DNA of 64,000 bases from positions 603,483 through 667,482 of the forward strand of contig JAAOMT010000586.1 of assembly GCA_016748015.1 (NCBI GenBank), written 5' to 3'. Below are positions 1 through 14,899 of the stretch, piece by piece (position 1 is the stretch's first letter; each line of letters begins with the position of its first letter). The notes beneath the pieces were generated by a model. It saw only the letters and a program-made list of their open reading frames with translations. It ran no database searches and was not told the DNA's origin. The DNA is from Geosiphon pyriformis uo1. Its lineage: Eukaryota; Fungi; Glomeromycota. Made by a program: the position numbers and the translations under genes.

Positions 1-705
1 AAAAATTTAATTTAAAATATCAACTGGTTTAAATTTGCAATTGTTAAATATTTTAATAAAAAACTTAAATTAGATTTTATTAACCAAAAAACAGCTGGTT
101 TATGCACATATTTAATAAAAACTTTATACAAAAAACTGTTAATCATGATTAAAAAAAAATTGTATAAATCTAAATATCCAAGTATTATAAAAAAAAAGAA
201 TTTAAATCATGTATTTTTGTATATATCTGACTTAACTAAAAAATTACTTGTTAATAAATGTGCACATAAATAAAGATTATTGTTCAAAGCTTTGATAACA
301 TTGTTTTTGGTCTTGCAATTATTAAATCAAACTAAAGACAATAATGGTGTTTATATAATATTAATTAAAGATATATAGTTCAAGACCTAATATGTAAAAT
401 CTGTTGAGTGTGTAGTTTTGCAATTAATCATTAAGACCAAATTTGGGTTCCAAATGCAAAATTGAGATCAAAGTGCAAAAGGTTGGATTTGATTATTAGC
501 AATAGCTTTGTGATTTCGGATGTTGGTAGTAGACCATGCATATTTGATAAAGGGAAAGTTCGCAAAAATGGTTTCACCAGGGATTTGCTTGTTCATTTTG
601 ATATGTGTAATGTTAATTGCTGGTCACATGTAGCAAAAACATGAGTCGAGCCTAATTTATGACATATATGTTGTATTTTTAATAATGATTTAATTAATAA
701 GTCAA
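1..705 (+). mobile_element. Eroded 3' end of a LINE of the same superfamily as the 25-64 kb array (continues off the left edge)
   Basis: From position 91 it translates TAGLCTYLIKTLYKKLLIMIKKKLYKSKYPSI, matching the ORF2 C-terminus of other copies (e.g. LASLCTYFMKTVYKKLFIAIRKRLYNKYYPGV near 51100). The family 3' UTR motif GCTGGTCACATGTAG is at ~619-633, followed by a TAA-rich stretch. Confidence 0.8.
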
Positions 706-1281
706 TAATTAATTTTTAAACATACAAAATTAAACATAAAATATAATTAATTTAATTAATATTGACGTGGTGGGTTGGTAATAAAGAGGATATCCCAAAA
801 ACCTTGGCCTAAACAACAAACGCAAGATTCGCAATTCCTAAAAGGCTTCGTCTGCTATAATTCCTTAACTTAGGTTTATTATGTCCAAGAAAGGGCGGCG
901 AGTAAAAAAATCAACGCGAGTGGAAACGACAAGCAAACAGGAAGGAACTGAAAATATCCACGTCGCAAGTGAAATGGCAGAAAATGATCTTAGCTCTTGG
1001 TGGTCATAAACATTAAGCAGGTTGAGTACAGCAAGCACCCGAGCGAAAGGAACAAAATCCAACGGGACGCGTGTTTTGTACTTATTTGTTACAGGTAAAA
1101 AGTGAGTACCTCATGAAAAATGAGTTCGTAAAATATACTTGTTTTCAAGTTGTCGACATAATTTTACGACAAAGTATGATGATGTTAAATTCTATTCAAG
1201 AAATCGATAATCAGTGTAACGTAATGCCCTCAAAATTCTAGAGTTTTCCATAGAATCAATTATATAACTCTGACACATATC

Positions 1282-4405
<3,124 letters not shown>

Positions 4406-4795
4406 TGTGAAAATAGCTTTGCTACTTGTAAAAAAAAGAAAACTATACAAATTTCTAAATATTTTTTAATTAACAATTATGTTATTTATCAGAAATGAGA
4501 TGAGCGACTACCTCTAGATACTAATCCATGTAGTCTATAAAATGAGGGTTAATAGAAACATTACACACCTCAAAGTTTACAAATAAAAAATCGTGGCATC
4601 TAAGAAAATACTGCTAAAATCTAGAAGATAATTACAACATTATATAGAATAATACATCAAGCATTCATCAGATTCGTAAAAAATTTCTTTCAAAGTAGTT
4701 CGAGAATGAAGTATTGGTAGTACCAAGATCAAGATCAAGTCTATGACCAATTGAATTTGTTGATTCATGATTCAAACTTTTCTAGACAGAGATAT

Positions 4796-6950
4796 TTACT
4801 CTTGGGCTTCCACTCCTGTTTGGATTTCTACCTCACAAGGGGTAGAGGGCTTCTGACAGAGGAAGAATTAGCTTAAGAAAATTTGATCAACATATAATTA
4901 ATCCCGATAATTAGTTTCCAATGCGAAATTCCATCTCACCTCTAATGGCTCACTTTGAACATGGAAATAACGTTCCAACGGTTCAAGATCATGTACAGTG
5001 ACCTTGGTAAGGATGTTAACCAAAGTGCCTTCACGACCATAACCACCGCTGCAAATAGCCCTATATTTCAAAGTGTTTAACCTTTGGTCGTGAATGAAAA
5101 ATAATACAAGATATTCATATGTTTACCGATCATGATAAGGCTCTTTTCTGGGTGGCAAGTCATAATTGATAACAAAAGGAGTAGGGCTGAAAGTAAGGGA
5201 CGAAGAATAATTGCCAACAATCACCATGATTCCATCTTCATTTTCAAAGAATTTGTTAAGTATTTCCCAACGTTGTTCGTCAGGTGTATCGAAATCCTAA
5301 AAAAAATTATTTAGTTTTGGGATGAGGGATGAAAAGAGTTTCTGGGATCAACTCACAATAGCCATAACGGGCCAGTCCGAATACATCGTAGTCAGCTTTT
5401 CAGCTAATGAATTAACAGTTTCAGAATTGCGGCAAAAAACTATTAGTTTATCCATTTCAAGAATATCAATAGCATCACAGAGGGCACTCAGTTTTTGTTC
5501 CTCGTTATCAACAATGATATAATAAAAGTGCAAGCCATCACTAAATCCGCTGTCGTCGAGCACAACTACCGCATTTGGTGCTTCTCTCTCTTTCAATTCA
5601 GCAAGGGTATACGTTGTGGCAGTTGTCATCAAGATTCTTTTAATTCTTGGAAAACATCTAAGAACATCAAAAGTCTTATGACCGTGTTGTCGGGAAAACA
5701 TGAGGCAACACTCCTCGACAACAATGGTTTTGATGTGGCCACCAACCCAGTCGCGTGTTCGAATTAAAGGTAAAAGAAGACCTATTTAAATAATAAAATC
5801 AAAAACAGTTAACTTCGAGAATGATGCAACAATACTAAAATAAATTTTTGCTCTTTTAATAGGTAAATTTATACCTGGAGTAGCAATCATTATTTGTTTC
5901 GCTTTCTGTTTGTCCGCCATGGCCACCATATTATCTTCTAAAGTGGTCTCAGGAGTGCAGGTGATAAGGTTCACGCCAAGGAAACGACCCACAGACTGAA
6001 AAAGGTCTTGAACGAAATGACCAATATCTTTAGTAGGGACAAGTACAAGGGCTTGACAAAGTGGATCATCTGGGTTGACCTCTTGAAGGAGAGCAATTAC
6101 AAAGCACATTGCTCTTTGCTCGATACATGGTATTTGAATAATGGCATTTCTTCCAGAGAAGATCGCTGGGATAGCACGTTGCTGAATAGATGAAGGTTCA
6201 GTATACCTATTTGTTTTAAGAGAAAAACAGGGAGGTTTTATTTTTGTTTTAAAAACGATATTAAAAAATTTACAGAAACTAAAACTACTTACCACCCATG
6301 CTCTCGAATGCCATCCAATAATGGTTGTTTCAAATTCATAGCCTCGAAGGTGGCCACACCTTGATTCCAATTTTCCTGCAACATTACACGATTATTGATA
6401 CCGATGGCACTCATGTTCCCCTGTAATTTTCGGAATTAGTTTTTTTTTGTTTGATTTCCCATTTTTAAAGACATGGGTTTAATTGGCAAGAGCAAAATGA
6501 AGGGTGTACCCATGTTACCTGAAATCGAAACCCAAACCCACGGCCTCCCCCTCTTTGATAACCACCTCGAAAACTTCGGGAAGTACCGCGAGGGTAACCT
6601 CGAACAAAGCCTCGAGAAAAACCACGACCAAATCCACGCGGAGGAAATACTCTTTGAACTGTAGTTGATGAAAGTGGAATTTGATCATATTGTTGATTTT
6701 GAGAAGCCTGAAAAAGTTTTGTTGGCCGACCTCCATTTCTTTTTTGAGATTGAGGCTGTTTTTGCGATTGTCCTTGACTTGTAGATACTTCCTCCGACTC
6801 CCCCTGAATAGTAACAGTAGTGGTATTCGTAGATGCAGCAGCTTTTTTCTTTTTTTCAAGCTTTTTTTGCTTTTTTCTTTCGGACATTGATAACCTTTTC
6901 CTGTTCTTTGGAGCATTGTCAGTTTCTGTCGTACTGACTTCTGTTTCAGT

Positions 6951-6999
<49 letters not shown>

Positions 7000-7460
7000 G
7001 CTTCTTTTTTCTTATCAATTGCAACTATAGTTTCTTTCTTTGGTGGGGAAGTTTGCATGTCATTATTATTTGATGGCTCAAGAGTGCTTTGCAATGGGAC
7101 CGTCAAAGTAGTAAGTCTTTCGGGAGTGTGAAACATTTTTTTTACTGGGGTATCCAGGTCTGACGGGATAGGCTCGGGTAGACTGTTGATGAAGCGATTG
7201 TCGTTTGAACGGTAAGGTGATAGTGTGGCAACAGTATCAGAAAGTCTCGCTATTTTGTCTTGAATCTCGGGGATAACGTTCAAGGCTGCCTTTATTTCCG
7301 GAAGAAGGGTTAAAGCTTCCTTGAGCTCAGGTAAGACAGCTAAGGTGGATCGTATTTCCCCGATAGCCTCAAGTAAAGCGGCGTGAGTTTCAACCTCTGG
7401 TATCATTTGTTCGTTAACTTCAACCTCTGGTATCATTTGTTCGTTAGCTTCAACCTCCAT
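4796..7460 (-). CDS. eIF4A-derived DEAD-box pseudo-helicase with a ~315 aa N-terminal extension (coiled coil, poly-N, Lys-rich patch, RG/RGG repeats); multi-exon
   Basis: Exon 1 (7460 to ~6519) splices in phase 0 (CAG|GTAAC...TACAG|GGG AAC ATG) to [39 protein letters not shown] (eIF4A Q-motif region). It continues QALVLVPTKDIG, IATPG, IKTIVVEECC, MTTAT, KLSALCD, LIVFCR, VINYDLP, DRAICSGGYGREG, with a stop TAA at 4796-4798. Confidence 0.8.
6954..6999. repeat. (TTA)n microsatellite encoding poly-Asn in the pseudo-helicase N-terminus
   Basis: Visible TTA run, read as a poly-N tract in ORF 6465..7460(-). Confidence 0.95.
7388..7457. repeat. 30-bp tandem repeat (about 2.3 units) encoding EVE[A/V]NEQMIP
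   Basis: TTCAACCTCTGGTATCATTTGTTCGTTA is repeated; the protein reads MEVEANEQMIPEVEVNEQMIPEVE. Confidence 0.9.
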
Positions 7461-7947
7461 AGTCCTTTAAGGATTTTTTTAAGTGTAGTAAAAAGATAGG
7501 CTCGCGTTTAATATCAGTATGTAAGGAGGCTAGAAAGGAAAGTAGTATGTCGTTATTTAGGAGAAAAAAGAAAAAGTGAATCAAAGATGGAAGAAAATTT
7601 TTTTTACCTGAAAGTGTCTCATATATAAGCTCTTTATTGACTGATATGTGTAAGGCTTGACGACAGTAGGAATAACGTGACTCACGAAGAAAAATTCACA
7701 AAACGACTTTATCAAGTATGATAAATTAATAATGCTTAAAGGTTCAAGATGACAAAGTTAATGATAAAACAAAGTTTGAATCAGGTGAGAGGAAAGTGAT
7801 CGCAAAGGTTGCCAAAGCCAAATTGTAAAGGTTGAACGCGTCGCACTTTGAAAATTTTTATTTGCAGCATCTCATTAGTATTTAATTGGTTATCAGTTAT
7901 AACGCCAATCTAAGAAGTTGAATCAACAACCTGGGACCGCAGTAATC

Positions 7948-8289
7948 ATGGAAAAGATTAAACAAAGAAAAACTGTTGCGATATTTGCTAAAGCTTTAAT
8001 TCAATGTTCTTCTCAGGTTATTCTTTAATTCAATGATGACTTTGATTCCGTGTTTTTTTTAGTGATCTATATTTTTTCTTAGGCTACAATATATGCAAAA
8101 TGTGTAGTAAGACAAATTGATAATGTTCATAAAGATAATTGCTTATCTGAATTTCAAGCGTTCAAGCAATGTCTTCGGAAGGTTATTGTTATCTTATATG
8201 TTCAAAAGTTTGTGTCAAATTTATTCATTACTTTCTGATTTGAGAATTTTTATAATACTTTTTTTCTTTAGATAGTTAAATCTTGTTAA
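7948..8289 (+). CDS. NDUFAF8: Small twin-CX9C mitochondrial intermembrane-space protein, NDUFAF8-like (3 exons, ~61 aa; not in the ORF track)
   Basis: Manual splice with GT-AG introns gives MEKIKQRKTVAIFAKALIQCSSQ|ATIYAKCVVRQIDNVHKDNCLSEFQAFKQCLRK|IVKSC*. Cysteine spacing is CX9C-X12-CX9C, with the Y.KCV and C..EF....C pattern of NDUFAF8. Confidence 0.8.
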
Positions 8290-8452
8290 ACAACAAGGTA
8301 TTACGAATAATATCTGTGATAAGCTGGCAAAAGCAAAAGTAAAACGATTAAACTTTGAAATCAATAGACAGAGGGAAGGGGAAAAGATAAAAATTATTGT
8401 AAAGATTAAGATTTACCAATTTTTAAAAGATATTTAGTCAATTTGTTTTGTT

Positions 8453-9700
8453 TTATTTTATTTTATTTCTCATGTTTTTTTCGTCAATTAATTTCAACAA
8501 AGTATAAAGTGTTTGAAGATATGGCACTTCAATACCTTTTTCTTTTGCAATTTGTACCGGATTTCCCAAGATTGCTTCAATTTCCATCGGATTACCTCTT
8601 TCGCAATCTAATAACATACTAGGTTTATGTCCACCCTCCAACTTTCTAGTTAACTCAACGTACCGATCGATTAAACTATCGGGTAATTCATACCCGTCTG
8701 CTTTTGCTACTTTTAAAACATCTCCCATCGTCAGCTTAATTAATTCTACCGTTAATGAATCTTTAAGCAATGTATGTGTATCATTTCCACCTGATGTCAC
8801 GCTTATTGCACTCCAAGATGCATTCCTGTGGAGAAAAATTTTATTTTAAAAATTTATCTTTAACTGAATCAAATACCAAAAAAACCAATAACATACCAAA
8901 CTAACTTTTCCCATCTTGCAGCTTGAATATCATCTACCACATCAATTTGGACACCTCCAGCTTTGAAAAAAGATGCCAAAGTGTTAGCCATTTCCTCTTT
9001 TTCCTCTTTAGACCACTGAGCCTCTCCTTGATTTTTATCATGAAAATAAGAAATCTTTGTAAATTCTGGTCCTCGTTGATGAATCACACCTATATCTAAT
9101 TGTCCAACTCCAATCCAAGTTACAATCGATAGCAAAATATTCTGGGGAAATTGGGTCGCGACAGGTATTTCAATTCCTACTCCATTTTGTATCAAGACAA
9201 TGGTGGTTTTAGATGAGATGATTGCCGGCCTAATTAATTCGGTTACGTCAAAAATATTTGGTAAAACTTTGGTGCAAACTATCACGAAGTCAAATGGGCT
9301 TGATTCTGTTACAGCCTCCGTAACTGTTCTGGTAACTATTCCAAAAAATTTAATGTTGAATGAAAATAGATGACAAAAATTGAAAATTTTCTAGTAATTT
9401 GGAAAAAATCATTATCAAGAACCTATATCAGGTCGATAATTAAGATCTCCAAATTTTGTCGAATATATTTCGAAACCCTGCGTTCGGACTCGTTCATAAT
9501 TTGATCTACACACTGCTGTTATATGACAATTTGCGACTTGAAGACGCCAACTATAAATGGCTCCAATTGCTCCTGCCCCAACTATCATCCGATATAGAAT
9601 TTTCAATTTCTTATACAAAAAAAAAAAAAATCTCAAATATCCTCATGATTTTACCCAAAAGAACCTTAGTGCTTGGTAAACTTGACTTGGTTTCTTCCAT
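8453..9700 (-). CDS. PAN5: 2-dehydropantoate (ketopantoate) reductase, PanE/ApbA family (4 exons)
   Basis: KVLL|VGAGAIG Rossmann motif, IVCTK, IQNGVGIE, WEKLVW|NA, HKPSMLLD, PMEIEAILG. Start MEETKSS at 9700. The family call is secure; orthology to PAN5 is less so. Confidence 0.88.
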
Positions 9701-9996
9701 AGAATGATTCGTTGATTAATATTCTTTGGTAAATTTTTCAAAATGGAAATTCTCAAAATACTTTGATAATAAGAGTATAAATTTGAAAGTTATTTTTCCA
9801 AGACAGTGGACCTCGGATAATCACAATCTATCTATTCACATATTTATAAAGGATCGGCTCCCATCAAAAGTAACAAATCATTTAATGAATATTTAATTTA
9901 GTAAAGCCTCGGTTTTTAGCATTTTATTTACAACGAAAGTAATGTGGGCAACAAGTAATAGAAATTTGCTGATTTGTCCTGAGCCAATCATTTGAT

Positions 9997-12880
9997 CTAA
10001 CAAGCGCAATAAAGACTTATCAGGAGACCTCTGTCGTCATAAACATCCTCTTCAATTTCCCTTTCTTCTTCCTTTGTCATTGACAAGATATCGTGTTTAC
10101 GAATGGCAGCACGTTTTTCGGAATCTTTAGAACCGCATACAGCCTCCATCAGGCGCTCACAGATTACTTGGGCTTCAGTAAGGTATTCAGGGATTTCTTC
10201 ATCCTCATCCACCGGCTCTTCTATAACTTTTCTCGTCCTGGCCCTGACAGGATCAACGGCTGGAGGAGTGGTGGAACCTGAAATCCTCGGTTTTTTAGAG
10301 GGAACATTTGAAATAATCGAATCATCATCATCACCTCCTTTCCGCTTGCCTAAAGAGGCATCAGAAAATGTGGCAACTTCAAATGAAGAGGTATCATGAT
10401 TAGAGGAAATGTCAGCAGAATTAATAGTAGTGGTAACGGCAGATGACGCAGATATATTTTTGGTGGCAGGGGCACCACCAACGACATTAGGGTCCAAATT
10501 ATCGAGATTGCTAGGAACAGAAGTCGTGAGATCAGTAGAAGAATCAGCGAGATCTGAAAGAGAGGAATTTACAATATCTCCCGAGGAAATTGTTGGACCA
10601 GTTTGAATGACTGAAGATTTTCGGCCTTTCTTTTTAGCTGGTGGTGATCCTGTTAGATCGATCAACTCAGTACTGGTAACGAGACTGGTTTTCCCAGTAG
10701 CTTTCTGTGATTTGGACTTTTTGGCACCACCAGATCCCCCATTAATTTGTCCTGAATTTTTCGGAGCCGGGAGTTTAAGTTGTTCCTGACTTACTCTTGG
10801 TGGAAGAATTTGAGATTCCGCATCAGGATTTGCATTCCGCGGGACCAAGTATTGTTCGAAAGGATTTTCACCTTGTTGAATTCGTTCCCAATGATTTTGG
10901 TGTGTTCTCAATTCACTTAATCCGTTTTGAGCAGTTTTGGGATCCAAAATAATTTTGCTGAGATTAATATCAGCCAATTGGCGGTTAATCAACTCCTTTA
11001 AAAGTAAAATTTTTTTGAGCCCATCAGCACGATGGGTGAGGAACCAAAAATATGGCAAATATTCATCCAGCTTATCAGCCAACAACCGTAACTTTTTAAT
11101 TAAATCAAGAAACTCTTTCTTCTCTTTTTCATTCATGTTACACTGTTGATGTTTAAATGGGCCTTTTTGAATCTCATCATTAGCTTTTTTTATCATTGCT
11201 ATAGCTTGTTGGCTATCAGCAAGCGATAAATTAAGCAATCTGCGAGGAGATGAAGGTAAATTGTTGATATTATTAGATGGTGATGGTTGACGTGCGTTTG
11301 GAAGCATATTAGAAACCCCTTGTTGATTTACACTAGATGCGAGAGTGGAAGTTGCTTGTTGATTAATAGGAGGAATATTAGACGCTCCTAGCTGATTAGA
11401 TGCTTGTTGTACAGTCGTTCGAGATGCCGGGTGAACGCTCATATTGGAATGGATCTGTGAAACGCCCCGATTTGCAGACGGTTGTGGATTTTTCCGGTTG
11501 GGTTGAAGTTGTTGAACGCCAATGTTAGATGGTACTTGTTTCCCAATAATGTTGTTGGAAGGCATTTTTTGAGAATTAGATGGCGCCTGATCCATATTGA
11601 TGGTATTGGATGCTTGTTGAACATTAATGTTAGAGGGAGACTGAGAAATCCCAGCAGGTTGTTGCATCATAAGACTATTGGCAGCAGGATTAGGTGCAAT
11701 CATCGGACCTTTCCTCATATTCGGAGGGGGGGGGCTGATTTGTGTGGTTTGGACAGGTGTACGATTAGGTTTTGTTGGGAAACTCTCAATTATGGTTGAA
11801 TTAAAGCCAGGCATTGTCGAATAACTTGGGGCCATAAGATTTTGGTTTACTGGAACGCTTGCTGGTCTTACAGGAGGATTATTAATGACAACTGACCGAC
11901 CAGAATTATTTGATGCTAAAGATGTTTGTGGATTCGAGATGGACACTTGCACTCCACCGTGAATATTTGCTGATGCTGCTATCATATTGGGATTTTGTTG
12001 GTGGCCAGCTGGGTTTTGTAATATCATGGTATTGGAGTTTTGTGTTAGAGGTGCCGTAGGTTGAGTTACTATCGTATCAGAAATTTGTGTAATGGAAGTT
12101 GGAGAAGTTAACATTGTGTTTGCAGATTTTTGAGCAATAGTTGGAACTGGAGATAAAGCTGATGAGTTTTGCTGCATGATTAGATTACTTTGATTTCCAT
12201 TTGGAATCCGCCTATAATATAACTGTAACAATTGCGCCAGCTCCTCTTGACTAGGAGGACGACCATTTTCTTGGGAAAACAAGTTACTCAATTGGGAATA
12301 GTGGCGGATGATATTGATCCGTCGCTGGTTTTGCTGCTGCTGTTGTTGTTGATAGGGAGTCCATCCTGGACCCTGAATCTCCGTTTGTTGGTTATAAGGG
12401 AATCTTCCAGCTGATTGTTGCTGCTGAGAGTTCAAATGTTGTTGTTGTTGTTGTTGCTGTTGTTGCTGTTGATTCTGCTGTTGTACATTTAATTGTTGCG
12501 GTTGATTGGGCTGCTGTAGTTGTAGTTGATATTTTTGGAGTTGCTGTTGCGTTAATAGTTGCTGATTAGGTTGTCGGATTAATTGAGGTAAAGATTGAGG
12601 AAGCTGGGAAATTAGTTGAGCTGCATACTGCGTATCAGAACCTAATCCTACTCGTGGTGGCTGCTGTGTTGTTTGAGGCATGCGTTGGACCGGAGATATT
12701 AATGGTTGGGCCTGCTGACTTTGTATAGCCTGTGGAAAACTCGTATATTGGTGGTGCAAAATTTGTTGAAACTGATGTTGTTGCAATAATGGATTGTGCT
12801 GTTGCTGCTGCTGCTGCTGCTGCTGCTGTTGCTGTTGTTGCTGTTGTTGCTGCTGTTGTTGTTGTTGTCGTTGTTGTTGC

Positions 12881-12911
<31 letters not shown>

Positions 12912-12973
12912 GCTGTTGTTGTTGTTGTTGTTGTTGTTGTTGCTGTTGTTGTTGTTGTTGTTGCTGTTGTTGT

Positions 12974-13012
<39 letters not shown>

Positions 13013-13605
13013 ATGTTCACGTTCACGTTCACGTTCATTTGACCTCTAGTTCTTGGAATAAAGTACTTATTTCGTGACTGATTATTGAGGTTTGGCTGCG
13101 TAATATTTTGAGGAGAATTTTGCTGCGGTAGACCACTTAGAGGAGCAAGGTTCTGAGCTATATTCTGCGGCGGCAAACTATTTTGTTGAGACAAAGTTTG
13201 CCCCGACAAATGTTGCAGTGGCAAACTGGATTGATGAGGAGAAACTACACTTTGCTGCATCAAATTTTGTTGTGGCAAAACGGTTGGTTGAGCAATCGCG
13301 CTTTGTTGGTTGGCACTTGTTGAAGTTGTATTCTGTTGTTGCTGACTTTGCATCACATTTCCTGAACTCCGCGGCATTTGATTTAATTCGTTGAACTTTA
13401 CAAGGATCTGATTATTGTATTCTTTGCCTGTTTGAGAAGTACTGTTAAAAATATCTTGCTCCAAATTAGAGGCAATGCGAAAGCATTCTTCTCTTGTCAT
13501 AGGTGAAGTCCTAGAAAGAAGTTGAAAAAAACCCGCAATCACTCTTTTTCTCATATCTCTATTAGGTCGCCCTTGTTGCGAGTTTGAGCTATCCATCGTG
13601 AGCAT
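9997..13605 (-). CDS. MED15: Q-rich Mediator subunit Med15/Gal11-like protein (single 1202 aa ORF)
   Basis: N-terminal KIX-like helices (MRKRVIAGFFQLL...RIASNLEQDIFNS...KEYNNQILVKF), a long poly-Q/Q-rich region, and a helical block resembling the fungal Med15 middle domain (NEKEKKEFLDLIKKL...KLDEYLPYFWFLT...LKKILLLKELINRQL). The start could be 13605 or 13596. Confidence 0.72.
12790..13012. repeat. Mixed CAA/CAG trinucleotide repeat encoding a ~70-residue poly-Gln with one Arg interruption
   Basis: TGT/TGC runs on the + strand. The poly-C, poly-L and poly-V ORFs in the track are shadows of this repeat. Confidence 0.97.
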
Positions 13606-14899
13606 TACAACGAGGATTCACAAAATGATTGAGAGACGTAGAATCGGAAATGAATGGAACGCGGCAGATAACTTTGACCTTATCTTTGGACACTTTTAAA
13701 AGAAAATTAAAGGGACGTGAAAAGAAAAAAAAGGTAACAAACTTAGACATTATATAAGTTTTTTGGTCCTTACTCTTGGAGTCGATAGGTACATTAATGC
13801 CACATAGTCGATAGCCACAATACTTATGACGGCGATTTTTCTGTCTCGACGAAAGATTAAACAAAAAAACTAGAAAGGTACCTGTTGCCGTAAAGTGTCC
13901 AAGACGTTTAGGATGAGACTAACAAGAGGACACTAGGAAGAGTGTGGATATTTCTTCAAGATGTCTTTTATGAGACACAAGTAGTTGTAATAAGAAAGAA
14001 AAACTCTCCTAAAGATAGAATTCTCAGTTGATTTAGTTAACGGTTTTGAAAACTGTGGTTTGAAGGAATTATTATACAAAATGGTTATGACATAAAAAAT
14101 TGGGAGAGAGTCAGGAATCCGAGTTTATATAAAAAATCTGATTAAATATGGCCAATCAAAATTTGCCTAGCTGTGTCCAAGTGTTACTTTATTCAAATGA
14201 TCATAAACGACTTAATTCTATCCACGGTAAAAAACATATTTTCTAATGCCCAAAGAGGATAAGAAATTTATTGAAGCATGAACAATTGATTTTCCATATA
14301 CAAAGTTTCCAAGCGCCTTTTCAAATCCTGCTATTTGAGAAATTCTTGCTTCCCGTTCACATTAGATTGAAATTTTTTGAAATATTCCATCATTTTCGTG
14401 AAAGCCGTTGTGATAAGAAATCAGTTGTCCGCGATAGAAGACATTAGTTTCGGCGAAATCAATTGGACCTCTTAAAATTCTGGCCAATTCAAATGTTTCA
14501 TACTAAAATGACATTACCAAAGTTAATAGATTTTTAATTATTTTATGAATCTAAAAATCTTAATACCTTCCATCCCATAAACCGTCACTTTGAGAATTCA
14601 TTTTTAGATCTCATCATTTTAGGTTGAGCATTCAATTTTTGCGATAAGAAAATCAAGTTTAGGTGAGAGAACAAAGACTTTTATATGCCTAAAGAGATTA
14701 GACTCTCTCAATATTTGATAGAAGACTTTTATGAATTCTCAGCAGTGCAATATAAACTTTTGATAGATGTATCCTTTTTATTGTTGCTGTAAACATCATT
14801 AACAGTAGGTTGAAAGCTAAACTTATTTGAATCATAAAAATTTGTTCAAAGTTATCTGTTTACTGTTGGTTAAATTTTCAAAATTAATATCTGCTCAAA

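Noticed and set aside
861-873. TTCCTTAAC U12-type branch point
   Set aside because: It is too close to the next AG, has no good upstream U12 donor, and no gene model supports it.
6515-7131. Poly-Ile and poly-Leu ORFs
   Set aside because: They are alternative-frame or antisense readings of the (TTA)n poly-Asn repeat.
12732-13077. Poly-Cys, poly-Leu and poly-Val ORFs on the + strand
   Set aside because: They are antisense shadows of the poly-Gln CAA/CAG repeat.
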